A stretch of 64,000 bases of DNA from Actinomycetota bacterium (GCA_037033305.1 JAZBLP010000009.1:187-64186); one strand, 5' to 3'; counted from the stretch's first letter, positions 7,315 to 15,172 are shown. Translations and numbers: made by a program. The notes: generated from the sequence alone by a model not told the origin.

Positions 7315-8505
7315 ATGAGCAAATCAGCATGGATCGCGGACAGGTGGAGGGGCGAGAAGACGGGCACCGGCCTCAGGTGGCGCGTCGTATGGATCGATCC
7401 CGATACCAAGCGCGAGAAGAGCAAGAGCTTTCGGAAGAAGACTGACGCCGACGCCTTCCGCACCAAGACGGAAGACAGCTTGCGGGGTGACACGTACGTG
7501 TCGCCGCAGATCGCGGCGCTCACTGTCGCAGACGCCGCCGAGGCATGGATGAACTCGAAGAAGAGGATCAAGGCCGCCGCTCGTCGTAAGTACCGTGACG
7601 ACCTCGACAACTACGCTCTGCCACGCTGGGGCCATCTACCCCTGAGCGCCGTCAAGCGTCCCGACATCGAGAAGTGGATCAGTGACCTTGCAGACGGCAC
7701 CGCGCCCCGCAGAGCCGACGCTAAGGCCTTCTCAGGCGTACTCTCCCCCGCGAGCATCGATGGTGTCTTCACCGTCCTGAACGCTTCCCTCCGGTACGCA
7801 GTGCGAGAGGGCTGGATCAGGCAGAACCCGGCGACCGGCGTGGAGACTCCGAAGGCGAAGACGGAACCCGTCATCTTCCTGACTCATCCTGAACTCGAAG
7901 CACTCATCGACGGCACCCGGCAGGCGGGCAACCTGAGCGATGCTGTCATGGTCGCAGTGATGGGGAACATCGGCCTGAGGCCCGGTGAGGCCGTCGCGCT
8001 CGACGTGGCCGACGTGGACATCCCCGCTAAGCGTATTTACGTCTCGAAGACGGTAACGCTTGACGATGACCGCCGTCACGTGATCGGGGACTCTCCGAAG
8101 ACGGCGGCGGGCATCCGCGCAGTACCGATCCCGCCGCATCTGCTCGATGACCTCGACGCGCTCACCAAGGGCCGCGACGACGGCGAACCCCTCTTCACGT
8201 CACCACGGGGCGACCGGCTCAACCTGTACAACTGGCGCGCGCGGAACTGGACCAAGGCCAAGCAAGCGGCAGGGGCACCGGCAGGCCTGACCCCGAAGGG
8301 ACTGAGGCACACTGCCGCATCGCTCGCCATCGCGGCAGGGGCTGACGTGCTCGTGGTTCAACGGATGCTGGGTCACGCCAGCGCGACCGAAACACTCAAC
8401 ACGTACGCGAAGCTGTGGCCGGATCGGTTGGACGAAGTGACAGCGGCGATGTCGAAGGCCAGGACCGAAGCCCTGACTAAGCCTGACCGCTCCCGCTCAT
8501 CCTGA
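7315..8505 (+). CDS. int: Tyrosine-type site-specific integrase
   Basis: Track ORF. Has an N-terminal SAM-like/arm-binding region. The C-terminal catalytic box LRHTAASLAIAAGADVLVVQRMLGHASATETLNTYAKLW shows the R..H-x-x-R..Y pattern. Adjacent to the tRNA attachment site. Confidence 0.92.
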   Translation: MSKSAWIADRWRGEKTGTGLRWRVVWIDPDTKREKSKSFRKKTDADAFRTKTEDSLRGDTYVSPQIAALTVADAAEAWMNSKKRIKAAARRKYRDDLDNYALPRWGHLPLSAVKRPDIEKWISDLADGTAPRRADAKAFSGVLSPASIDGVFTVLNASLRYAVREGWIRQNPATGVETPKAKTEPVIFLTHPELEALIDGTRQAGNLSDAVMVAVMGNIGLRPGEAVALDVADVDIPAKRIYVSKTVTLDDDRRHVIGDSPKTAAGIRAVPIPPHLLDDLDALTKGRDDGEPLFTSPRGDRLNLYNWRARNWTKAKQAAGAPAGLTPKGLRHTAASLAIAAGADVLVVQRMLGHASATETLNTYAKLWPDRLDEVTAAMSKARTEALTKPDRSRSS

Positions 8506-8560
8506 CTACATCCTGAACGGCCTCTGAGGAGCTAGCCGGGATCGCTGGAGCCGGATACAC

Positions 8561-8588
8561 GAAAACCCCCGGATAACCAGGGGTTTTC
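8561..8588. terminator. Hairpin between the integrase gene and tRNA-Arg
   Basis: GAAAACCCC (8561-8569) pairs with GGGGTTTTC (8580-8588) across a 10-nt loop. A/T runs flank it on both sides, so it could act bidirectionally. Confidence 0.55.
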
Positions 8589-8610
8589 TATGCTTACTGT
8601 CTCAACACAG

Positions 8611-8649
8611 TGTGCGCCCGAAGGGACTCGAACCCCTAACCTTCTGATC
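8611..8649. repeat. att direct repeat, tRNA-proximal copy
   Basis: 38 of 39 positions identical to 2425-2463. Overlaps the 3' half of tRNA-Arg. Confidence 0.9.
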
Positions 8650-8685
8650 CGTAGTCAGATGCTCTATCCATTGAGCTACGGGCGC
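8613..8685 (-). tRNA. tRNA-Arg (anticodon ACG)
   Basis: The reverse complement GCGCCCGTAGCTCAATGGATAGAGCATCTGACTACGGATCAGAAGGTTAGGGGTTCGAGTCCCTTCGGGCGCA folds as a cloverleaf. Acceptor is GCGCCCG/CGGGCGC, anticodon loop is CTACGGA, T-loop is TTCGAGT. CCA is not encoded. Confidence 0.93.
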
Positions 8686-8751
8686 TCCTGGACCGCTCAG
8701 CGGGCCGTAGAACAGCCTACAACAGACGCGACGCGAAAGCGAAACGAGCGC

Positions 8752-9333
8752 TCACTCGTCACTGTCGGGCGTGTTCTGCTTCTTCTTCCGCTTCGCCTTC
8801 GCGCGCTGCAGAGACGACAGCGCCTGCAGGTCGACGAGTCGCAGCGCCTGCATCCGCGCCTCGCGCATCCGGTCGTAGTCGGGGTCCTGATCGGGTCGCA
8901 TGCCCTCGACACGCAGACGACGATCGAGGTTGTGCCGCACGTCGGCCCAGGCGCCTTCTCGCGCCTCTTCGACGATGACGCGCAGGGCGGCCTCGTCCTC
9001 CATCATGTCGCGCAGCTTGGTCGCGACCCCGTGCGACTGCTTGGCCCGCCGACGCAGGTTGCGCACGTCGCGGTCTCGGTAGTCGTGGGTGCCGGAGGGA
9101 TCGGAATGGCGACCGCGAGCGCGTTTGCGCAGCTCGGTCAGGTTGCGCTCGACCTCTTCGGATTCCTCGGCCATCGCCCGCAGCGCTTCGCGCGCATCGG
9201 CCACGTACTTGTCAGTGTCGAAGACGCCGTTCTCGGCGATCGTGCCGATGAGGATGTGATTCTTCACGGCGAGGCGCGCCGCAGCGGTCGCGATCGCAAC
9301 GCCTTCGGCGATGGCATCCGCTGTTCGTCCCAC
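8752..9333 (-). CDS. Conserved hypothetical protein (Arg/Glu-rich helical)
   Basis: Track ORF 8752..9423. I prefer the GTG start at 9333, which is preceded by GGAAGGAGG. The product begins VGRTADAIAEGVAIATAAARLAVKNHILIGTIAENGVF. Confidence 0.6.
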   Translation of the reverse strand: MGRTADAIAEGVAIATAAARLAVKNHILIGTIAENGVFDTDKYVADAREALRAMAEESEEVERNLTELRKRARGRHSDPSGTHDYRDRDVRNLRRRAKQSHGVATKLRDMMEDEAALRVIVEEAREGAWADVRHNLDRRLRVEGMRPDQDPDYDRMREARMQALRLVDLQALSSLQRAKAKRKKKQNTPDSDE

Positions 9334-9461
9334 CCCTACCTCCTTCCTTCGAGAGTACCGGTATCGCTCGGGGATGCAGTGGGCCAGAATGGATCGGAAT
9401 CGGGTCGCTCCGACCCGCTCCACGACCGGCCGCGCTCCCGATCGCCGCCAGGAGGGATGCG

Positions 9462-10301
9462 ATGAAGCGTCTCACGCTCACCGGAAGCACGACGGTCATC
9501 ACCGGCGCTGCGAGCGGGATGGGGGCCGACATCGCCCGGCTGCTGGCTGCCCAACGCGTGCATCTGGCGCTCATCGACCACAACGCCGACGGTCTCGCAG
9601 CCATCGCCGCCGAGCTCACCGACGCCACCGTCACCACCCACGTGGTCGACCTGCGAGACGACGACGCCGTCTTCGCCACAGCCGAGGAGATCACCGCCGC
9701 GCACCCGAGGGTGAATGCGCTGATCACGTGCGCGGGCTCGTCGATGCTCGGCGACATCGATCAGCTGACCATGGAGGAGATGCGCTGGCTGACAGATGTG
9801 AATCTCTGGGGCACGGTGTCGATCACGAAGGCGCTGCTCCCCGCCCTGCGAGCGGCGCCCACGGCCCACATCACGCACCTTGCGAGCGTCTACGCGCTGG
9901 CCGCGCCCGCGGGACGCATCCCCTACTCCCTGAGCAAGTTCGCGGTACGCGGGTTCTCCGAAGCACTGCGCCACGAACTCGACGGCACTTCGGTGACGGT
10001 GGGCGCGGTGTATCCGGCCGGCGTGCGCACGGGCATCATCCTGCACGGACGGTATGCCGCGGCGCTCGATCCGGCCGTCGCCGCGAGGGCCGCGGCGGCA
10101 CAGGCAGCGATGTACCACACCGAGCCCGCGGATGCCGCGGCGCTGATCGTGCGGGCGACCGAACGTCGCCGCCCACGGACGATGGTCGGACGGGAGGCGC
10201 GACTGATCGATGTGCTCACGCGCCTCGCACCGTCGAGCTACTGGCGCGTCATGCGGCGCCCCCTGCGAGAGGCCGTCGACACGACCACGCCGGTCGCCTG
10301 A
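9462..10301 (+). CDS. SDR family oxidoreductase
   Basis: Track ORF. Contains ITGAASGMGADIA (TGxxxGxG) and YSLSKFAV (YxxxK), with AGGAGGG upstream. Confidence 0.88.
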   Translation: MKRLTLTGSTTVITGAASGMGADIARLLAAQRVHLALIDHNADGLAAIAAELTDATVTTHVVDLRDDDAVFATAEEITAAHPRVNALITCAGSSMLGDIDQLTMEEMRWLTDVNLWGTVSITKALLPALRAAPTAHITHLASVYALAAPAGRIPYSLSKFAVRGFSEALRHELDGTSVTVGAVYPAGVRTGIILHGRYAAALDPAVAARAAAAQAAMYHTEPADAAALIVRATERRRPRTMVGREARLIDVLTRLAPSSYWRVMRRPLREAVDTTTPVA

Positions 10302-10302
10302 G

Positions 10303-11166
10303 TCAGCCGACCGCGCCGACCCAGATCCCCGACGCCCACGCCTGCTGATCGGCATCGCATCCGACGGATCCCGGATAACCCCGCACGACCGCCATGCAGT
10401 TCGCGAGGAACTCGGGGTCACCGCCGAACGCCGAGTAGTAGGCATCCGAGGATGTCAGGGCGCTCCACACCCGGAACTGGTAGATGTGCGCCAGCTCGTG
10501 CGCCATCGCCCAGTTCAGTCGGTCGGCGCTCCAGTCGACGATGTCGGCCCGGTATTTGATGAAGCCACCGCTGTTCGCGCATGCGGGCGCGGTTCCCCCT
10601 GCACACGAGGCCGACTCGTAGAGCCCGACTCCCCCGCCGCCCACCTGGTCGAGAGCCGCGCGCACTCGTGCGAACCCGTCCGGACCGCTCGACGACCACG
10701 CGGGGCCCGAGGGAGCCGCATACTGCGCCGCCTCCCAGCTGCCGATGTCCTGCCCCACCTTGTCGATGAGGGCATGCACGGTGGCGGTGGCAGCGACCAC
10801 GGTGGCCGGGTTCTTCCGCTCGTCGAGCACGGCCTGCTGGGCCGACTGCGCGGATGCCCGGTGCGCCGAGGTGTCGACCTTGCCGGTCGCTCCTTCGATC
10901 GCCGCAGTCAGTGCGTGGATCTCGTCGACGAAGGCCGGCCGCACCTCGAGCACGGCGGCGCGCGCCGCCGCATCCTTCTCGGCGATGGCGATCGATCCTT
11001 CGAGGTGATCGGTGCGCATCTCCGCGGCCCGAGCAGACTGCGTCAGCGACTGCAGCTCGGCGATCGCGGCCGCCCTGTCTTCGTCCAGGGCCGCGGCGCG
11101 ACCGACGACGCCCGCAGCCAGCAACACGGCGGCGACGATCGTGACGGAGAGGAACCGCCGGATCAC
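10303..11166 (-). CDS. Secreted protein with N-terminal coiled-coil region and C-terminal HExxH (putative zinc metallopeptidase)
   Basis: Track ORF. Signal/anchor MIRRFLSVTIVAAVLLAAGVV, an Ala/Glu-rich helical segment, and WAMAHELAHIYQF (HExxH). Confidence 0.65.
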   Translation of the reverse strand: MIRRFLSVTIVAAVLLAAGVVGRAAALDEDRAAAIAELQSLTQSARAAEMRTDHLEGSIAIAEKDAAARAAVLEVRPAFVDEIHALTAAIEGATGKVDTSAHRASAQSAQQAVLDERKNPATVVAATATVHALIDKVGQDIGSWEAAQYAAPSGPAWSSSGPDGFARVRAALDQVGGGGVGLYESASCAGGTAPACANSGGFIKYRADIVDWSADRLNWAMAHELAHIYQFRVWSALTSSDAYYSAFGGDPEFLANCMAVVRGYPGSVGCDADQQAWASGIWVGAVG

Positions 11167-11176
11167 AGAGTTCGCC

Positions 11177-11422
11177 TCATGGCAGGAAACCCGAGGTGTC
11201 CGAGAGCAGCGTCTCCTGCTCGGCGATCGTCGTGCGCAATGCGGTCAGCTGCTCGGCGAGATGGAGATTCGCCTCGCGCGCATGGTCGAGCCGTTCCTCC
11301 GCCTGGACGACAGCCGCTCTCGCCTCGGCGAGGGCATCCACACGCTGCTGGTCCGCGACCGCGAGGAGCACCGTCCCGCCGAGGAGCAGCAGGCCTCCGG
11401 TCACGACAGCGACAGCTCTCAT
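11177..11422 (-). CDS. Small membrane-anchored coiled-coil protein
   Basis: Track ORF 11177..11470 starts at a TTG. I prefer ATG 11422, preceded by GGGAG: MRAVAVVTGGLLLLGGTVLLAVADQQRVDALAEARAAVVQAEERL.. Confidence 0.55.
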   Translation of the reverse strand: MRAVAVVTGGLLLLGGTVLLAVADQQRVDALAEARAAVVQAEERLDHAREANLHLAEQLTALRTTIAEQETLLSDTSGFLP

Positions 11423-11587
11423 ATCGCTCCCCAGGACACGACGAAATTCGGAACCGTTCCGTATGGCCAATATATCCCCGCGGGAGACCGCTCTCCAGGC
11501 CGCTTGCGGCAGCGGCAGCGCGAAAGAAGATTACGAAGAGCAGCAGGATCAGGAACATGGGCGGTCTGCACGGCGCGAACGCACCTT

Positions 11588-11901
11588 CGTGGATTTCGTG
11601 ATCTACACCCGCATCAGCCTTGACCGCACGGGCGAGGGTTGCGGGCGGCTCGCCAAGAGCAGGAGTGCCGCGTCCTGGCTGAGCGCCTGGCATGACAGCT
11701 ATCCACGTATTTAGCGACAACGACACCACCGCCATGAGCGGAAAGGTGCGCGCCCCAGCTTTGAAGCCAGGTGTGTGGGGCGGCCTATCGATGGACGCCA
11801 AGCGCGCCGTGCTGGATGCCCTCGTGACGGTGACCATCCTGGCCAGCGGCAGCGGCAAGGCGTTCGATCTGGAGACCGAACGCGTCACCTGGAAAGCCTA
11901 G
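11588..11901 (+). pseudogene. Remnant of a large serine recombinase (frameshifted N-terminus fused to the extreme C-terminus)
   Basis: Three frames together read (V)DFVIYTRISLDRTGEG / GLRAARQEQECRVLAERL / MTAIHVFSDNDTTAMSGKVRAPALKPG.., matching the resolvase-domain N-terminus of large serine recombinases but with at least 2 frameshifts. It then jumps directly to a C-terminal-type tail ..KRAVLDALVTVTILASGSGKAFDLETERVTWKA*. Confidence 0.7.
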
Positions 11902-11960
11902 ATTCGCATGAAAGGGCTGTTGACGTCATGTCTGACGCTGACGCACCGCACGTGGCCGGG

Positions 11961-13031
11961 CTACTCCCGTGGCAGCCGGTGTGCAGTGTCGAGTCGGAAT
12001 GCGTTCGCTCGTGCGAGCGCTCTACCGATCGGGGTGATGTAATACCCGCTGTCGGCGTGCCGATCCCACCATTCAGCGACGGCACCAAAGCTCGGCAACT
12101 CGTGAATCTTGTTCATCAGTTCGGTCCGGGCCAAGTCGTCCTGTTGGCCCAGACCAAACTCTGACGCCGCCTGGCTCATCACCGTCTGCACATATGTCTC
12201 AGATTTGCCAGCGTGGCGGAGCATCTTCTCAAGTGCAGCACCGTTCGGTACTCCGATGCGGACGTGCCCGTTCTTGAGCTCGTGAGGAAGGACGAGCACC
12301 GGCCAGGGTTCCTCAGCGAGGTCAGCGCCGACGAACTGAGGCGCTGCGTCGAAAGCGGCACCCGGAGCGATATATCCATTGAGTTGCTCCCCGTAGTACT
12401 GCTCCATTTTTTTCATTCCACTCAGAGGGTTGCGGCGGAGGGCGTTGAGGGCATCGAGATGGTCAAGCCAGTCTGTCCCCTCGGGCAGAGGCCCGTCTAG
12501 CAGGGAAGAATAAATTGATTCGAACAGGTCAAGGCCCAAAGCAATCACGGGCGATGTCGCCGTCCACTGCGCTACCGCGTTGGACACGGTTAACGCCCGT
12601 AGTGCCTCCGAATCGATACGATCCACGATGTCGATCGCACCGTCGATGCCCACGATACGTGGACGCTCGCGTGGATTCTTTGCTCGATCGATGAGCAACG
12701 CTGCCAGCATGTCGTAGTCAGCGGGACGCTCACTGGACGCCGCACCCTCTTGGGCCTTCTTGTAGGAGCGGATGAACGCAGGATCTGCGAATGAATCGAG
12801 CGCGTCAACGTTGGACAAGTTCTTGATGACCCGTTGGTCGAGCTCTTCGACCCGCGCCTGGAGTATCTGGTGCGACTCGACCGCGAACTCTTCAACGACA
12901 CGTCGAGCGTTGGCGAGCGATATCTCCTGGGCGCGCTCCTCGGTGATGCCAACGTTGACGATATAGTCGCCTGCGATCTGCACCTGCTTAGAGCCCTGGC
13001 CACCCTTCTGGCTCTGCTCGCTGCCCGTCAT
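11961..13031 (-). CDS. Hypothetical 356-aa protein (from memory resembles the uncharacterised LPO_1073/Vpar_1526-type family)
   Basis: Track ORF in lower-GC DNA. The N-terminus is SEQSQKGGQGSKQVQIAGDYIVNVGITEERAQEISL.., followed by a helical body. Its ATG overlaps the stop of the upstream small ORF (TAATG). Confidence 0.7.
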   Translation of the reverse strand: MTGSEQSQKGGQGSKQVQIAGDYIVNVGITEERAQEISLANARRVVEEFAVESHQILQARVEELDQRVIKNLSNVDALDSFADPAFIRSYKKAQEGAASSERPADYDMLAALLIDRAKNPRERPRIVGIDGAIDIVDRIDSEALRALTVSNAVAQWTATSPVIALGLDLFESIYSSLLDGPLPEGTDWLDHLDALNALRRNPLSGMKKMEQYYGEQLNGYIAPGAAFDAAPQFVGADLAEEPWPVLVLPHELKNGHVRIGVPNGAALEKMLRHAGKSETYVQTVMSQAASEFGLGQQDDLARTELMNKIHELPSFGAVAEWWDRHADSGYYITPIGRALARANAFRLDTAHRLPRE

Positions 13032-13210
13032 TACTTGTTGCCTTTCGCGTCGCGGCCAATCTGCATCTGCGTTGCGTTATCGCCAGCGCGCTGTCTCTGC
13101 TTCACCGATGAACGTTTCGACATGATGCGCCATGTGACCGTGCTACCTGCAGTACCCCCAAGGATCAAGCCGATAAGCATGGTGCCCAGCCCGTCCAAGA
13201 ACCAGTCCAC
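13031..13210 (-). CDS. Small membrane peptide (59 aa, below the track cut-off)
   Basis: My translation from GTG 13210 (GGAGGATCC immediately upstream): VDWFLDGLGTMLIGLILGGTAGSTVTWRIMSKRSSVKQRQRAGDNATQMQIGRDAKGNK*. It has one TM helix and a basic tail. The stop overlaps the ATG of the 356-aa gene. Confidence 0.5.
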   Translation of the reverse strand: MDWFLDGLGTMLIGLILGGTAGSTVTWRIMSKRSSVKQRQRAGDNATQMQIGRDAKGNK

Positions 13211-13582
13211 GGATCCTCCGCTCTCGGGTGCCGTTCACCCGTCAGTCACGATACCAACCACCGCCGATTTGTCGCCCCTCAGCTGGCGGATAGGTATGAC
13301 GGGAAATACCGGCGTCCGCAGTTGATCATCATCGAGGGCCAACGTTAGGAAGCTTCGAGTACGGTCACGCATTTGCCTGAAAGGCCCCCTTCAGGAAAAC
13401 CTTGAGACGATCGGCAATGACCCTCGGGAGCGACCATCCGCCTACGCAGCGCTGTCACTCTGCGTTCAAGCACGGCGCGAGTTGGGGCCGGAAATGACTA
13501 CGGCGCGGCATGCGTCTTCGCTTGGGCGACGCATCAGCCCGGGCTCTGGCATGATTACCAGCACATCCACCGGGAGGTTCAC

Positions 13583-15172
13583 GTGGCAATGCTCGGCCTA
13601 GATATCGTAGCGGGCGCGAAGATCGTCAAGACCGAGCAGTTTGGCGATTGGTACCGCGATCCATGGGGTTGGCCCGAGACAACCCACGAGTTCGCCGAAA
13701 CCCTTACCTTCGAAGACCTAGGCGTGTCGAAGCGGGGAAATCGATATGTCTACGAAGCTACGCCAGACTTCCATCTGTTCGACGTTCCTAAGTCATTCAT
13801 AGGCGTGCGACCCGCGGTCATCCAGGACGTGCGGAGCCGGCTGGCCTACACGGCAGCTGCAGACGGCTTGGCGGCCCGGCTGCACGCCGACCTGCCCGAG
13901 TGGGTTTACGGCTGGCGCTACCGAGATGGAATCTACGGGAGGACCAACGAATGGAAGCTGTATCAGGAAAACCAAGCTGACGTCCATCGTCAGGACTTCG
14001 CGGCTCAGACCGATATCACTTCGTTCTTTGCGTCGATAGATGTCGACAGATTGATCGACAGGATTACCGACAACGTCGGCGCGGCCAACGTTTCGACTGA
14101 CATCGTGCGGAAAGTGCTGGCTACGCATAACCTGCTTCACGGGCGAAGCGGAATACCGCAGCGCAGTTCCGCCTCCGCGTTTCTCGCTCACACCGCCTTG
14201 CGGCAGGTTGATGACCTGCTCGGGTCCCTCATGCAATCCGGGGAACTGACGGCGGCTCGGAGGTGGATGGACGACATCAGTTTTGAAGGCCCCGAGTCGG
14301 CGATGTACGGAGCGCTCTTGCAGCTTCAACAGTCTTGCCGCCAGGAGGGTCTAGAGATCAATGCCCTCAAGACAATGCTCATCTCTGGTGAACAGAGCGC
14401 TCAGCGCTTGCATGAGGAAGCGCAAGGCTTAATCAGGCTGCCCGTCACAACGACGCGCGTTACCAACGACTACGAAGACTTCGAGATGACATTCGTAGAC
14501 CGAGGGGCGTTGCAGGAGGCGGAGGAGGATGTGCTGTCGTCACCGAGCCGAGCGCCGCGATCTAAAGTTGGCATCGTCCTGAAAAGCCTCGTCCGCTACG
14601 ACGAGTACTCTCGCATCACCGATTGGATGTCAGCAGCCAAATACCTTCCGCACGCGGCGGACAAACTGAGTCGCTACTTGGCCGCTGGTAATCGCTCCCT
14701 GTGGGGGTTCGGCTTGAACCTCGCCGAATGGTTCACGGAGTTGCAGCTATCCGGATGGCCCCACGTGGAATGGGTTCAGGCACAGCACGCGCTCGCAGTT
14801 CCGTCCGAGGACGTCGATGAGGCGATGCGCGCGATTCTGGAGAGCTGGCTCAGCGAGAGCTCGAACCTCCAAAAGGTGGCGGTGGCAGTCCAACGGATCG
14901 CGGCCGCACATCCGGTTCGGTACCGAGCTTTGGTGGCCGCTCGCATGGACTCAGTACACGATCCTCTGCTGACGCGGCTCCTCGCGCTAGGCCTTCTCAT
15001 GGCCGCCCAGCCAAAGGATGGCGTGCGTCAGGCTCTTCGACGTCACCCAAGTAACGCACTGACGCTCAAGTACTTGGAGGCGAGAGATTGGCGTCTGCCC
15101 AACGTTCCAGACGACTTTGATCCGATCCATGACAACGAAGACGGCGCCGATGAATCAGAAGCGGCGCCGTAA
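13583..15172 (+). CDS. Reverse transcriptase, stand-alone, UG/Abi/DRT-like (RT core + C-terminal helical domain)
   Basis: Track ORF, GTG start after GGGAGG. RT motifs read in the translation: FDVPKSFIGVRPAVIQDVRSRL (1/2), QTDITSFFASIDVDRL (A), GIPQRSSASAFLAHTAL (B), RRWMDDISF (C), LEINALKT (D/E). About 230 aa of Leu/Ala-rich helical sequence follows. Confidence 0.88.
   Translation: MAMLGLDIVAGAKIVKTEQFGDWYRDPWGWPETTHEFAETLTFEDLGVSKRGNRYVYEATPDFHLFDVPKSFIGVRPAVIQDVRSRLAYTAAADGLAARLHADLPEWVYGWRYRDGIYGRTNEWKLYQENQADVHRQDFAAQTDITSFFASIDVDRLIDRITDNVGAANVSTDIVRKVLATHNLLHGRSGIPQRSSASAFLAHTALRQVDDLLGSLMQSGELTAARRWMDDISFEGPESAMYGALLQLQQSCRQEGLEINALKTMLISGEQSAQRLHEEAQGLIRLPVTTTRVTNDYEDFEMTFVDRGALQEAEEDVLSSPSRAPRSKVGIVLKSLVRYDEYSRITDWMSAAKYLPHAADKLSRYLAAGNRSLWGFGLNLAEWFTELQLSGWPHVEWVQAQHALAVPSEDVDEAMRAILESWLSESSNLQKVAVAVQRIAAAHPVRYRALVAARMDSVHDPLLTRLLALGLLMAAQPKDGVRQALRRHPSNALTLKYLEARDWRLPNVPDDFDPIHDNEDGADESEAAP

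Larger units (their letters stand above)
2425..8649. mobile_element. Integrated ~6.2-kb element in the 3' end of tRNA-Arg(ACG): tyrosine integrase + Xis, small cargo (integrative mobilizable element or satellite-like)
   Basis: Flanking 39-bp direct repeats, of which the right copy is part of an intact tRNA. The integrase gene lies next to the tRNA and the excisionase is divergent from it. Patchy lower-GC stretches occur (e.g. 3.4-4.5 kb). Confidence 0.85.

Noticed and set aside
2425-8649. Prophage or AICE interpretation of the tRNA-Arg element
   Set aside because: At 6.2 kb it carries no portal, capsid, tail or lysis genes. No FtsK/Tra-type ATPase or Walker-A motif is seen in any ORF. I kept the IME or satellite-like interpretation instead.
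9311-10445. 345-aa (+) and 369-aa (-) track ORFs overlapping the SDR gene
   Set aside because: Both are Arg-rich alternative-frame or antisense readings. The SDR frame (9462..10301) carries TGxxxGxG and YxxxK.
14894-14911. Rx4H (HEPN-like) match RIAAAH in the RT C-terminal domain
   Set aside because: A 6-residue pattern is expected by chance in an Arg/Ala-rich protein, and there is no second supporting HEPN feature. It would need a profile or structure hit.
13583-15172. RT as a retron, group II intron or DGR RT
   Set aside because: At 529 aa with a long helical C-terminus it is much larger than retron RTs (about 300-350 aa from memory), and I found no long flanking inverted repeats (a1/a2). 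There is no intron ribozyme context, maturase or endonuclease domains. No Avd-like gene or TR/VR repeat pair occurs in the window.
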